Source: a bacterium
Lineage (GTDB): Bacteria; SAR324; XYD2-FULL-50-16; G965216635
Reading direction: 5' to 3'
Assembly: GCA_965216635.1 (NCBI GenBank)
Contig: OZ244188.1
Coordinates: forward strand, 1,664,001-1,728,000
Length of the DNA stretch: 64,000 bases
Below are positions 36,308-45,897 of the stretch, piece after piece; the first letter of the stretch is position 1; every line of letters begins with the position of its first letter. The translations under genes and the position numbers were made by a program. Under the pieces are notes generated by a model. That model saw only the letters and a program-made list of their open reading frames with translations, did no database searches and had not been told where the DNA came from.

Positions 36308-37825
36308 TCAAATTTGCTGCAAATAATCTTTTAAAAAATCACCAAAACTTATCTTGTCTTGCTTTTCTATTGTTGCAGTATTTTTCAAAGATGATGTTTT
36401 TTCTTTAGACATCAATGCTAAAAAATCTTTTTTTATCGGTTGGTTTAAAAAATAATCTTTGTGTTTTTCTGATTTTTCTAAAATATAAGAATAATAGCTT
36501 AAATTTTTTTCTTCCATTTCTTTCAAAATTATAGCCGATGGAGTATTATCTGGTTCTTCTAAAATTTTCTGCCATGCGCTCAAACTTGTTTTATAAAACT
36601 TGGAATTATTTGTGGTAGCTAAAGAATCTATAAGCTCTTTTAAACAATCAAAAATTTCCTCTCCCCAACTTTTTAAAGACTGTTTCTTTCTGTCTCTTTG
36701 TAATAAAAGTTTAGGTTGCCTCCCTCGCAAGCAAGCCGTTTCTTGGTTGTAATTTAATTCTTGCCAATCTGCTGCTTCTAACATAGGGCTGGGCATTATC
36801 AAACAAAAAATAAACATCAGTTCTAAAAAATAAGCCTGCGATAAATCTAGCCCTAAGGGAGACGAAGGCTGTAAATCTAAAGAACGAAATTCAAAATACT
36901 CTACTCCATTTTTTTGCAAATAAAAAAGAGGTCTTTTAGAAGCAATCTGCTTAGGCTTGGGTCTCAGAGGTGCATAAAGTTCATTTTCAATTTGAATCGT
37001 ACTACTATTTAATTGTAAAAAATCCTCTCCTTCTTTCAATCCTATTTTTTCAAATTTTGGTTCCGTGGTTTGAATTATTTTGCCTAAACAATGAATATAT
37101 TCTTGTAGGCTATTGTAGCTAATATCTACAATTTTTTTATTCTTATAGCTTAACTGTCTTAAAGAAGTAGCAAAAGGAAACTCCTTTGATTCGTAATAAT
37201 GGCTGACGATAGGAATTTTTTTATCAGCAATAGGACTGGCTCCCAAAAGATAGGCTAAAAACCACTGGTAGCGTAAAAAATTTCGCGCTACTCCAAAAAG
37301 TGCCTCATTTTTTTTATCAAATCCATTGTAGAATTGTTGCCAAATTTTCGGGTGAAAAGAATAGTTAAAATGCAGTCCGCTAATCATTTGCATTTTATCT
37401 CCGTATCGCAATCGCAATCCTTTGCGGTAGGTTTCTTTGAGTTTAGCTTTGTTAGATTTCCCAAATTGAGCGATTTGAATAGGCACACCTTCAATGCTAT
37501 CTGCGGGCATACTAGCAACCCAAAAACTCTCACTTTTTAAACACCGATGACTATAACTATGCAAGTTTTTTAAGAACTCAAAAAGCTCAGGCAAGGAAGA
37601 GTGAGGTGGGGTGACTAGTTCAGGCATAGCTTCTGCAAAATCCTTTGTAATGTAAGAATGGGTAAGGGCAGAACCAAATTCTTCAGGAGCAGAATTTTGA
37701 GAAAGTTTTCCTTTTACATCTATTCGCAAATTTTCCTTTTCTATCCCTTTCTTGCCTTGAAAAAGCCATGACAAATCGCCTTTACCTTGAAAGGTTGCTA
37801 GTTCTTTTTTGAATTTTTTGAACAC
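36308..37825 (-). CDS. gshA: Glutamate--cysteine ligase
   Basis: GIEKENLR, ITKDFAE, QMISGLHFNYS, ATSLR, QIENELYAPLRPK, GVEYFEFRSLD. Confidence 0.94.
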   Translation of the reverse strand: MFKKFKKELATFQGKGDLSWLFQGKKGIEKENLRIDVKGKLSQNSAPEEFGSALTHSYITKDFAEAMPELVTPPHSSLPELFEFLKNLHSYSHRCLKSESFWVASMPADSIEGVPIQIAQFGKSNKAKLKETYRKGLRLRYGDKMQMISGLHFNYSFHPKIWQQFYNGFDKKNEALFGVARNFLRYQWFLAYLLGASPIADKKIPIVSHYYESKEFPFATSLRQLSYKNKKIVDISYNSLQEYIHCLGKIIQTTEPKFEKIGLKEGEDFLQLNSSTIQIENELYAPLRPKPKQIASKRPLFYLQKNGVEYFEFRSLDLQPSSPLGLDLSQAYFLELMFIFCLIMPSPMLEAADWQELNYNQETACLRGRQPKLLLQRDRKKQSLKSWGEEIFDCLKELIDSLATTNNSKFYKTSLSAWQKILEEPDNTPSAIILKEMEEKNLSYYSYILEKSEKHKDYFLNQPIKKDFLALMSKEKTSSLKNTATIEKQDKISFGDFLKDYLQQI

Positions 37826-37875
37826 TTTTTGTGAATAATTTAAGAAGTTTCTTGAAAAAAGTTGTTTGAATTTTG

Positions 37876-38541
37876 TTACAGCATCTCATACCCAAACAAA
37901 GTAAAATCATCGTAATATATTTTATTGATGATTTTTATTGTTTCAGGAGTTAAATTAGGAGTTTCTATAGATTGCGTACTATTTTTTTTAAGGCTCATAT
38001 CTAAGTCAATTTTTTTTGCAAAAATATTCATTTTTTCTAAATTTTCTATTTTAATTATTTGAATTTTAAATTTAAAGATGTAACTTGTTAAACTTGAATA
38101 AAACCTTCGTTTTTTCTGGAAAAATGCTTTCCCTTGAAGATGAGTGTGAGAGTCTTTCAAGTAATGATTAGGAAGCAGACGAATAAAATCAACAAAAGAT
38201 GTATTAGATAATTTGGATATAATAACATCCTTAGAATCATTTGAATCAATATTTAAAGAAGTGAAAAACATTTTTTGAGCATCTTGAAACTCAAAACTGG
38301 TCTTATTAAGTTGCATTTTAGTCAGCTGTTGCATTTTATCTTTATAAAAAGAAATAATTCTCGTATAAGGATTTCTAACTAATAAATAATGCTTAGCCCT
38401 AAAAATATTAGTGATTTTTTTAAATAAAAATTCTTTCCAAAATATCTCATCTAATGAATCAGTGGAATACAAACTGCTATACATAACTTTTAAATTTGTT
38501 GAAATAAGAATTTTATTTTTCTTATGAAAAAAATGAACCAT
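37876..38541 (-). CDS. Sulfotransferase family 2-like protein
   Basis: KVMYSSL (5'-PSB-like), VRNPYTRIISFY (3'-PB), DSHTHLQ, IYYDDFTLFGY. Confidence 0.8.
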   Translation of the reverse strand: MVHFFHKKNKILISTNLKVMYSSLYSTDSLDEIFWKEFLFKKITNIFRAKHYLLVRNPYTRIISFYKDKMQQLTKMQLNKTSFEFQDAQKMFFTSLNIDSNDSKDVIISKLSNTSFVDFIRLLPNHYLKDSHTHLQGKAFFQKKRRFYSSLTSYIFKFKIQIIKIENLEKMNIFAKKIDLDMSLKKNSTQSIETPNLTPETIKIINKIYYDDFTLFGYEML

Positions 38542-38571
38542 ATTTTATATTTTTTTGTTGATTAGAAATGT

Positions 38572-40068
38572 TTATTTTGGAAAACATTTTTGATACGCTT
38601 GGCTAGTTTTAGCTTTTATTTTTTTCAAATCCTCAGTCAGTAGGTTTAATTCTTTTTGTTGATTTTGGATCATTTTCTTCACAGATTCTGGGGCAGGTCC
38701 TCCAATATGATTTTTCTTTTTTAATAGCTCTAAGGGGTTGTCTGTATGCAGTAAAGAAACTATTTTTTTCTTGGGTAGAAAAATTTTTAATTCTGTAGCT
38801 GCTTTTTTTAGAGAATCTGCTTCTATATTATTATTAGAATATTTTACAGCTAAAGCTACGAGATTATAACTATCTCTAAAAGCCAATCCCTGTTCCGCTG
38901 CAAGATAATCCGCCAAATCTGCTGCATTTGCACAGTCTGCTTGACTCTTACTTGCCATTTGCTTTTTTTGGGCTTGGCTGCTTTCTATAACAGATGCTAG
39001 AATTTTGGCAACCAGTTCTGTTTCATCAAATAAATCCATAATTAAATATTTACTCTGCTGAGAATCTCGGTTGTAGCCACTCATAGTGCCTTTTGCAATT
39101 CCAAGCAGGCTTTGTAAAGTTCCGTGGCAAAGCGAGGTTTTGGAGCGAATAACTTCTGCAAAATCAGGATTCTTTTTTTGTGGCATAATAGAAGATCCAG
39201 TCACAAAAGAATCATCTAGTTGTAGCATTCCAAAATAAGGATGCGACAATAAAATTAAATCTTGCGAAACAATACAAAATTGATTCATCAAAACAGCAAT
39301 ATCTCCAGCCAAACGAGCCTCCCATTCGCCTCGAGAAGTGATGCAGTCTAAAGTGTTTTCTTGGACTCCGTCAAAGCCAAGTAGCCTTGCTGTATATTCT
39401 CTATCAATTCGCCATGTAGTACCAAAACCAGCCGCAGAACCTAAAGGGCTTTTGTTCATTGCTTTGAGTTTTTCCAGAAACAAAGAAAAACTTCTTAACA
39501 AACCTTGAGACCAATGACTCAACCAATGGGCAAAAGTAGTGGGCATTGCAGGTTGATAGTGAGTAAAACCTATCATAACGGTTTCCAATTCTTGTGAGGA
39601 TTTTTTTAAGATACTGTTGATAAGTTCTGCAAGTAGCTCTAAAAAATTTAAACATTCTTGACGCAAGTAGAGGCGCATAGTAGTTGCAATTTGGTCGTTG
39701 CGACTACGAGCGGTATGGATTTTTTTTCCAGCAAGTATGGATTTTTTATTTGTGATATAGTTTTCAATATTGATATGCACATCTTCTAATTCTGGATCTA
39801 ACGGAAACTTTCCAGCAGAATGAAGTTTAAATATTTCATAAAAACTTTGCTTTAATTTCTGCCATTCTTGGTTATTGATGATTTTTTGTTTGGCAAGCAT
39901 TTGACAGTGAGCGTAATTCGTCCACAAATCCCAAACTACCAGTCTTTCATCTGCCATAGGAATAGGGGACACATCTCTCGCAGCACAAAACCGAATATTC
40001 GCTTTTATAGATTCTTTTTTTTTATTGTCTAGTTCTAAGTGATTCCCCCAAATCGTTTTTTTTTTCAT
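38572..40068 (-). CDS. argH: Argininosuccinate lyase
   Basis: EDVHINIE, HTARSRNDQ, GFTHYQPA, SPLGSAAG, GSSIMPQKKNPD; start taken at MKKKTIWG (40068). Confidence 0.95.
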   Translation of the reverse strand: MKKKTIWGNHLELDNKKKESIKANIRFCAARDVSPIPMADERLVVWDLWTNYAHCQMLAKQKIINNQEWQKLKQSFYEIFKLHSAGKFPLDPELEDVHINIENYITNKKSILAGKKIHTARSRNDQIATTMRLYLRQECLNFLELLAELINSILKKSSQELETVMIGFTHYQPAMPTTFAHWLSHWSQGLLRSFSLFLEKLKAMNKSPLGSAAGFGTTWRIDREYTARLLGFDGVQENTLDCITSRGEWEARLAGDIAVLMNQFCIVSQDLILLSHPYFGMLQLDDSFVTGSSIMPQKKNPDFAEVIRSKTSLCHGTLQSLLGIAKGTMSGYNRDSQQSKYLIMDLFDETELVAKILASVIESSQAQKKQMASKSQADCANAADLADYLAAEQGLAFRDSYNLVALAVKYSNNNIEADSLKKAATELKIFLPKKKIVSLLHTDNPLELLKKKNHIGGPAPESVKKMIQNQQKELNLLTEDLKKIKAKTSQAYQKCFPK

Positions 40069-40082
40069 TAACTTAATATAGC

Positions 40083-40361
40083 TTAGCAAGCAAAGTAGTC
40101 CTCTAGTATTCCGTCTGTATCTATTTTCATTATTATAAACGAACAAATTTTGTCTAACCAGATTTTAACCTCTTCTTTTGTTTGGCACTGGATTAAAGAA
40201 TCAAATTTTCTCCCGCAAATATCTTTTAGGTAGTCTTCATCTGCATCGTCTAATCCCAAATATTCCTTTACATCATCTAAAAAATAGGAAGTAAAATTGC
40301 TTGGTTCTTCAACACAAAGCTCTTTTAACCATTCTAAAATTTGGGGAAAGTTTATAGTCAT
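40083..40361 (-). CDS. Small acidic hypothetical protein
   Basis: 92-aa ORF co-oriented with its neighbours; no recognised motif. Confidence 0.6.
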   Translation of the reverse strand: MTINFPQILEWLKELCVEEPSNFTSYFLDDVKEYLGLDDADEDYLKDICGRKFDSLIQCQTKEEVKIWLDKICSFIIMKIDTDGILEDYFAC

Positions 40362-40389
40362 AACAAAAAAATATTTTCAGAAAAATTTT

Positions 40390-41226
40390 TTATTTAGATA
40401 GAGGATAAAAATTCTTAACTGAAGACGTAGCTATAAACTCAAATTTTTTTTCTTTAAAATTCCAAGTTATAAAATATTTATTATAACTACGAACTAAAAC
40501 TACATTTTTTTTCTTTTCATCAATTTCAAATATATATATATTTTTTGAAGGATTTTTTATAGGTGATATGAAGTTTTTTAATGAATTTGGAACGCAATTA
40601 CAGATTCTCCCTACCGATATAATACCTCCATATATTGACAAAAATATTGCTACAGGTAAGTAGAATAAAAAAATTGATTTTAATATGCTTGTTTTTTTAA
40701 AAAAACAACAGTTCCAAATTGCTACCAAAAACATCACCAATTCTAGTGATGTGTCTATTAGAAATTTAGTATCATAAAAAAAATATTTAACCAATTTCAC
40801 AAGTAATGCAATTAACAAGATGACAGCAATAAAAAGCCAAGCATTCTCTTCATTAGCTAGTAATTTTTTAAAACGAGAAATAGGTTTATCAGTTTTTGTT
40901 GTTTCCTCTACAGACTCATTTTTTTTATGGTAAATTAGCTGTAATAGAGACAGAATAAACGGAATAAACAGAATAAACAGAATAGGAAAAAGAGTAGAAA
41001 TAATCAGTTCAATTGCATTCGGAATCCATACCAAAGCAGTACGAATATGATCGTCTATAGTTGTTGGTATCTCAGAAAATTTAACACCAATCCAAAATAG
41101 AAATCCCCAATCATATGCAACAGAAAGAACTAGTATTAAGGAAATTAATATAGGAATTGAAAGTGCCACTGTGGGTAGCTTTTCTTTCATAAAATGATCT
41201 ATTTTATTTATTTCTTTAATATCCAT
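40390..41226 (-). CDS. Multi-pass membrane hypothetical protein
   Basis: About five hydrophobic segments; YDWGF...IPTTIDDHIRTALVW; very AT-rich. Confidence 0.7.
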   Translation of the reverse strand: MDIKEINKIDHFMKEKLPTVALSIPILISLILVLSVAYDWGFLFWIGVKFSEIPTTIDDHIRTALVWIPNAIELIISTLFPILFILFIPFILSLLQLIYHKKNESVEETTKTDKPISRFKKLLANEENAWLFIAVILLIALLVKLVKYFFYDTKFLIDTSLELVMFLVAIWNCCFFKKTSILKSIFLFYLPVAIFLSIYGGIISVGRICNCVPNSLKNFISPIKNPSKNIYIFEIDEKKKNVVLVRSYNKYFITWNFKEKKFEFIATSSVKNFYPLSK

Positions 41227-41251
41227 TGAAATTTTTTGACTTCAGATTTTT

Positions 41252-41977
41252 TTAATTTTCGGGAATAGAGTCTGCAAAACAAAGATAGATTCTGCGGTTT
41301 TCTTTTCCTTTCTTTTTTATCTTATAAACCTGTATTTCTCCGATTTCTTGGATATTTTTGACATGCGTTCCTCCGCAAGGTTGTAAGTCTATATTTTCAA
41401 TTCTAACCATACGGTATTGATTGTTTTCACTAGGAGGATAGACTTTGGAAGTGCGAATAATTTCAGGATGCTTTTCTAACTCTTCTTTATTCCACCAGTC
41501 TATATTGATTTCTGCTCCTTTTTTAATCAGTACATTGATTTTTTCTGTAAGCTCTTCTTTGTCTGGAATTTCATCTTTTAAATCAAAATCTAGCCTAGAT
41601 TTTTCTGCTCCCACAGCACCACCTGTAACATCAGCTTGAATTAAGGAACACATAAGGTGCATGCTACTATGCATCTGCATCCTTTTATAGCGAAGCTCCC
41701 AATCTATGCAAGCCTTGATTGATACTCCTTTTTGAAGAACTACAGGTACAGATTCTACATGGTGTAAAATAGACTTATCTTCAGCAAAAGTTGTATTCAA
41801 AACAGATATTTTCTTGCCACTATCCAATTCTAGGTAACCCCTATCTCCTTCTTGTCCGCCACTTTGAGCGTAAAATATGGTTTGTTCTAAAATAATAGCA
41901 TTATCTCTTATTCCTATAACAGAAGCCTCGCATTCTTTAAGATAAGAATTTTCTTGGAAAAGTTTTTTTGTTGTCAT
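41252..41977 (-). CDS. alaX: Alanyl-tRNA editing protein (AlaX-M)
   Basis: FYAQSGGQEGDRG, MQMHSSMH, QPCGGTHV. Confidence 0.92.
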   Translation of the reverse strand: MTTKKLFQENSYLKECEASVIGIRDNAIILEQTIFYAQSGGQEGDRGYLELDSGKKISVLNTTFAEDKSILHHVESVPVVLQKGVSIKACIDWELRYKRMQMHSSMHLMCSLIQADVTGGAVGAEKSRLDFDLKDEIPDKEELTEKINVLIKKGAEINIDWWNKEELEKHPEIIRTSKVYPPSENNQYRMVRIENIDLQPCGGTHVKNIQEIGEIQVYKIKKKGKENRRIYLCFADSIPEN

Positions 41978-42867
41978 TTTGTTTTTTTAATTTTCAGGTT
42001 TTCTAAAAAAGTAAAATTTACCAGTCTTTCTATTTCTTCTGTAGGGTAGTTTAATTTTGCTAGCATTCCTAGAAGTTCCTTTTTCTCTTTATCAAAAAGT
42101 GAGGCGGTTTTTTCTTTTCCTAAAAAAACAATGTAGTTGGGCTCTGTATCGCTCAAATCGGCTGGTTTTGAAGAGGCTGAAAAATCTAAAAAATCATCTT
42201 GAATTTGAAAACAAACACCTACCTTTCTTCCTATTTCTTTGAGGAGATTGAATTCTGCCAAACTCACTTCGCTTAAAATTGCAGGTATTTGAAAACAACT
42301 CTGAAACAAGCACGCTGTTTTCAGCTCTACCATTTTTTGAAAATAAGAAGGAGTTTTTTTTTCGTTTGTAGAATTTTTAGACAAATTTAAGTCCATATAT
42401 TGTCCTGATAACATACCAGCCGCACCCTCTGTTAAGGAACCTAACGCTTTTAAGGTGGTTTTTTCTAAATTTTTTGAATGCTTGATAATGATTGCAAAAG
42501 CTTCTGTCAACAGAGCACAACCCGCTAAAATAGCATTGGCTTCTCCGAATTTTTTGTGATTGGCTAGCTTGCCTCTGCGGTAATCGTCATTATCCATAGC
42601 CGGCAGATCATCGTGGATTAAAGAATAGCAGTGAATCAATTCTATGGCAGCAGCAAATGGTAAAATAGCATCTAAATCGGGGAGTTTTTTAGAAATATTC
42701 TTTGTTTGCAAAGATTTCCAGACTAGCATACAAAATAGAGGACGCAATCTTTTGCCCTTGCCTAAAAGAGAATACTGCATTACTTTTTTGAAAGGAGAAG
42801 GATAGATTGAAATATTTTGAAAAGCATCTTTTAAAAAATTTTCAAAAATGGATTTGAGCTGTTTCAT
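41974..42867 (-). CDS. ispA: Farnesyl/geranylgeranyl diphosphate synthase
   Basis: GKRLRP, SLIHDDLPAMDNDDYRRG, GQYMD, KTA, FQIQDDFLD. Confidence 0.93.
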   Translation of the reverse strand: MKQLKSIFENFLKDAFQNISIYPSPFKKVMQYSLLGKGKRLRPLFCMLVWKSLQTKNISKKLPDLDAILPFAAAIELIHCYSLIHDDLPAMDNDDYRRGKLANHKKFGEANAILAGCALLTEAFAIIIKHSKNLEKTTLKALGSLTEGAAGMLSGQYMDLNLSKNSTNEKKTPSYFQKMVELKTACLFQSCFQIPAILSEVSLAEFNLLKEIGRKVGVCFQIQDDFLDFSASSKPADLSDTEPNYIVFLGKEKTASLFDKEKKELLGMLAKLNYPTEEIERLVNFTFLENLKIKKTK

Positions 42868-42991
42868 TGTTTCAGGGTTTTCAGGGTTTCATTTTTTTAT
42901 TGTTTCAAATCAACTCTTGCTTTAACTTTTAATGCTATCAAATATTAAAGCCCTTTTGTAGCTTTTATTTTTTGAATTTTTATGGCATTGT

Positions 42992-43756
42992 ATGATTTTT
43001 TGTATAATGTCGCTTAAAACTTCCAAAATAAGAATAGATCAGTGGCTGGTAGAAAATCATTTGATAGAAACCAGACAAAAAGCTCAGGCTTTGATTTTAG
43101 CAAAAAAAGTTTTTTTAGGCGAACAACCCATCCGCAAAGCAGGCTATCTTATTGAAAAAGATGCAGAAATTTTAGTAAAAAAAGAACCTTCTTTTGTGAG
43201 CAGAGGCGGGAATAAGCTAGATTTCGCATTGACAAAGTTTGCTATCAAGGTGCATAATAAGATAGCCTTAGATGTTGGAGCCTCCACAGGAGGTTTTAGT
43301 GATTGTCTTTTGCAAAAAGGAGCTAAAAAAGTTTTCGCCTTAGACGTAGGAAGCAAACAACTCCATTGGAAATTGCAAAAAGAAAAAAGAATTGTATCTA
43401 TTGAAAACACAAACTTTCGTAAATGCTCTTTTGAAACAATCGGAGAATTGGTGGATTTGATTGTAATAGATGTTAGTTTTATTTCTGTAAAGCTACTCAT
43501 AGAAAAATTGGCACTTTTCTTAAAACCGAAAAAAGATCTAGTTGTTCTTTTCAAACCCCAGTTTGAGGTAGGCAGAAGACACATAGCGCGAGGTGGAAAA
43601 GTGAAATCCACAAAAATTATAATGGAGGTTTTAGAAGATTTATGTGTTACATTCTCCGAATATTCTTTTAAAAAGATTCAATTTTGCGAATCTCCTATTC
43701 GGGGTAAAAAAGCAAATAATCAAGAATTTTTAATTCACTTTAAATTTCAAAAATGA
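42992..43756 (+). CDS. tlyA: TlyA-family rRNA methyltransferase (start may be ATG 43007)
   Basis: S4 domain RIDQWLV; FVSRGGNKL, LDVGASTGGFSD, DVSFIS, KPQFE. Confidence 0.95.
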   Translation: MIFCIMSLKTSKIRIDQWLVENHLIETRQKAQALILAKKVFLGEQPIRKAGYLIEKDAEILVKKEPSFVSRGGNKLDFALTKFAIKVHNKIALDVGASTGGFSDCLLQKGAKKVFALDVGSKQLHWKLQKEKRIVSIENTNFRKCSFETIGELVDLIVIDVSFISVKLLIEKLALFLKPKKDLVVLFKPQFEVGRRHIARGGKVKSTKIIMEVLEDLCVTFSEYSFKKIQFCESPIRGKKANNQEFLIHFKFQK

Positions 43757-44373
43757 ATTTATCTATAGAAGAATTAATTGAAAATATTATTTTTTTAATC
43801 CATAGAGACAGCAGAATCTCTCGAGAATTGGCACAAGCCAAAGAATTTTTTTTTGAAAAAACAGGAAAAATTCATATCAGTGCTGCCAGTTATCAAAACC
43901 GCATTAACTGCTTTTTGAATTGGTTTTTATTTGATTGGAATACAGCATACGAGCAAACCTGCATCTATAAAACGATTGTCAGCAAATTTGGGGCAAGCGA
44001 GTTAGACGAGCGACATTATCAGCTTTACCCCAATGTAAATTCTATTTTTATCTTGCAAAAAGAGAAAAAAGAAGAAGTGAAAGTAATGGATTTATTTGAT
44101 AAAAAAAAATACCAAGTTCCTAAAAGTAATTTTTTTCAAGGTATAGAAAGGCATTGCTGCTTTGAAAGTAGACTGCACTGCATCAACAAGGTTTATTATT
44201 TTAGTAACTATTTGATTTTACACCCTAGGGATGTTAGCTCCTATGTCCAAAGAAAAGTGAGAGAATGCAAAAACAAAAAAGTAAATTTCAGAGAGTTACT
44301 TTTTAAGCTACACCATACAGCTCATAAATGGGAATCCTATAAGCATTTTCCTTTAAAAAAAGTTTATTCTTAA
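43753..44373 (+). CDS. Hypothetical protein
   Basis: ATGA overlap with tlyA; AKEFFFEKTG...FLNWFLFD. Confidence 0.7.
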   Translation: MNLSIEELIENIIFLIHRDSRISRELAQAKEFFFEKTGKIHISAASYQNRINCFLNWFLFDWNTAYEQTCIYKTIVSKFGASELDERHYQLYPNVNSIFILQKEKKEEVKVMDLFDKKKYQVPKSNFFQGIERHCCFESRLHCINKVYYFSNYLILHPRDVSSYVQRKVRECKNKKVNFRELLFKLHHTAHKWESYKHFPLKKVYS

Positions 44374-44386
44374 ATTATTTTCAAAG

Positions 44387-45172
44387 ATGATGCAAAAAAC
44401 AGATTGGGAAAATATTCATTTTTATTTTGAAGAAATACCCAAAGCATTTCTCTGGTTTGAAAAATTCCCCATCTGGCAGTGGCAAGAAAATATATCCGCT
44501 TTTTTGGATTATTTTTTTGGCAAAATAAATTCTCACAGCGTAACTGCAGAAATAAAAAAATTTTATAAAAAAGAAGAGCTTTATTTTTCAGAGACAATAT
44601 TGCTAGAAAAAGAAGCCTCTATCCCCGATCTAAAAATCTATCTAGCAAAAGGGGTGCGAATAGAAGCTGGAGCTAGTATCCAAAAAAATTGTATTGCATT
44701 AGAAAAAAGTGAGATTAGACAATCCGCCTATATTAGGAAAAATGCGATTATAGGAGAACATTGTACTGTGGGACACGCTACTGAAATAAAAAATTCTATT
44801 TTATTTTCTCATAGTGAAGTGGGGCATTTTAATTACCTTGGCGATAGCGTTGTAGGTTCCTATTGCAACTTAGGTGCTGGTAGTATTCTTTGCAATTTGC
44901 CTTTTAGAACTTTATCCCAAAAGAAAAAACAAGAATTTCCTAAATTTTCTTTTAATACCCCACAAAAAAAGGAACTAAGCTGTAAAAAAAGAGGTGTTGT
45001 TTTAGGAGATGGCTGCGAAACAGGTTGCAATAGCGTCTTAGGACCTATGAGTTTTTTAGGAAAATCCTGCGTTGTCTATCCCAATGTTTATGTGGCAAAA
45101 GGTGTTTTTCCAGAAGGCTCTGTTTTCAAAACTGCTGCAGACTACCAAAAATTCAATCTACTCTACAAATAG
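44387..45172 (+). CDS. Left-handed beta-helix acyltransferase (archaeal GlmU C-terminal-like, no nucleotidyltransferase domain)
   Basis: AYIRKNAIIGEHCTVGHATEIKNS, HFNYLGDSVVG, NLGAG, GCETGCNSVLGP. Confidence 0.82.
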   Translation: MMQKTDWENIHFYFEEIPKAFLWFEKFPIWQWQENISAFLDYFFGKINSHSVTAEIKKFYKKEELYFSETILLEKEASIPDLKIYLAKGVRIEAGASIQKNCIALEKSEIRQSAYIRKNAIIGEHCTVGHATEIKNSILFSHSEVGHFNYLGDSVVGSYCNLGAGSILCNLPFRTLSQKKKQEFPKFSFNTPQKKELSCKKRGVVLGDGCETGCNSVLGPMSFLGKSCVVYPNVYVAKGVFPEGSVFKTAADYQKFNLLYK

Positions 45173-45182
45173 GGACTAACAG

Positions 45183-45294
45183 CGACCTTTTGAATTTGCT
45201 TGCCAAAGTTTAGCCAAAACAAGCTTATTGCTTTCGCTCCTATACAAGCTTTAGCTGCAGAGGCTAAACTTTGGCAAGCAAATTCAAAAGTCTA
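45183..45294. mobile_element. Palindromic MITE-like element
   Basis: TTTTGAATTTGCTTGCCAAAGTTTAGCC ... GGCTAAACTTTGGCAAGCAAATTCAAAAG, a long perfect inverted repeat. Confidence 0.8.
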
Positions 45295-45304
45295 GTCTAT
45301 TTTA

Positions 45305-45694
45305 TTATCTCAAATCCATATACTGCACAGGCAACAAACAGTGTTTTTGCATATCTATAACAGCCCCGCATTGCTCCAATACAATATAACCTAGAAGGGG
45401 CTTATAACTTCCTTCTTTATCTGCTTTCATATCTATAAACAAAATTTCACTATGAATTGTCCTAAAACCTTCCACTTTGATTTTAACAGGACCACAGACA
45501 GTTCCAGACACCACCCTTTGAGTAGCAATTTGTAGTTTTATAGTTTCTTCTGTTTCAAAATTTCCAAATTTTTCTCTCCACGCACGAGGCAAAACAAGAT
45601 GGCTCGCACCAGTATCTACTAGGGCTTCTAACTTTATCTTCTGCCTTGATTGTGAAATGTTTTCAACATCTACAGCTACAATTATTCTTCCCAT
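45305..45694 (-). CDS. Clan AA (retropepsin-like) aspartic protease
   Basis: ALVDTGA catalytic motif; PLLGYIVLE. Confidence 0.85.
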   Translation of the reverse strand: MGRIIVAVDVENISQSRQKIKLEALVDTGASHLVLPRAWREKFGNFETEETIKLQIATQRVVSGTVCGPVKIKVEGFRTIHSEILFIDMKADKEGSYKPLLGYIVLEQCGAVIDMQKHCLLPVQYMDLR

Positions 45695-45750
45695 AATTTA
45701 TTTTGTTTTCACTTAAAAAATCCTTTATCTTCTGAACAACTTGCAACGAC

Positions 45751-45859
45751 CCAGCTGCGTTGCTTAAAATTTTGTCCCTTGAAATACTTGAGTATTCCTG
45801 CGACCCAAAAATTTTTTTTGTCTTGTCTAGCCGTCACATCAGCGAAATTCAAAGGTCTA
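45751..45859. mobile_element. Partial palindromic MITE-like element
   Basis: GAAATACTTGAGTATTCC hairpin core; right end CAGCGAAATTCAAAGGTCTA. Confidence 0.7.
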
Positions 45860-45897
45860 TAAGATATTCTATCCTAGAATAGTACAATTTTAAATGG

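Noticed and set aside
40069..40146. N-terminal extension of ArgH in the ORF track
   Set aside because: It overlaps the upstream 92-aa gene; MKKKTIWG at 40068 matches the usual ArgH start.
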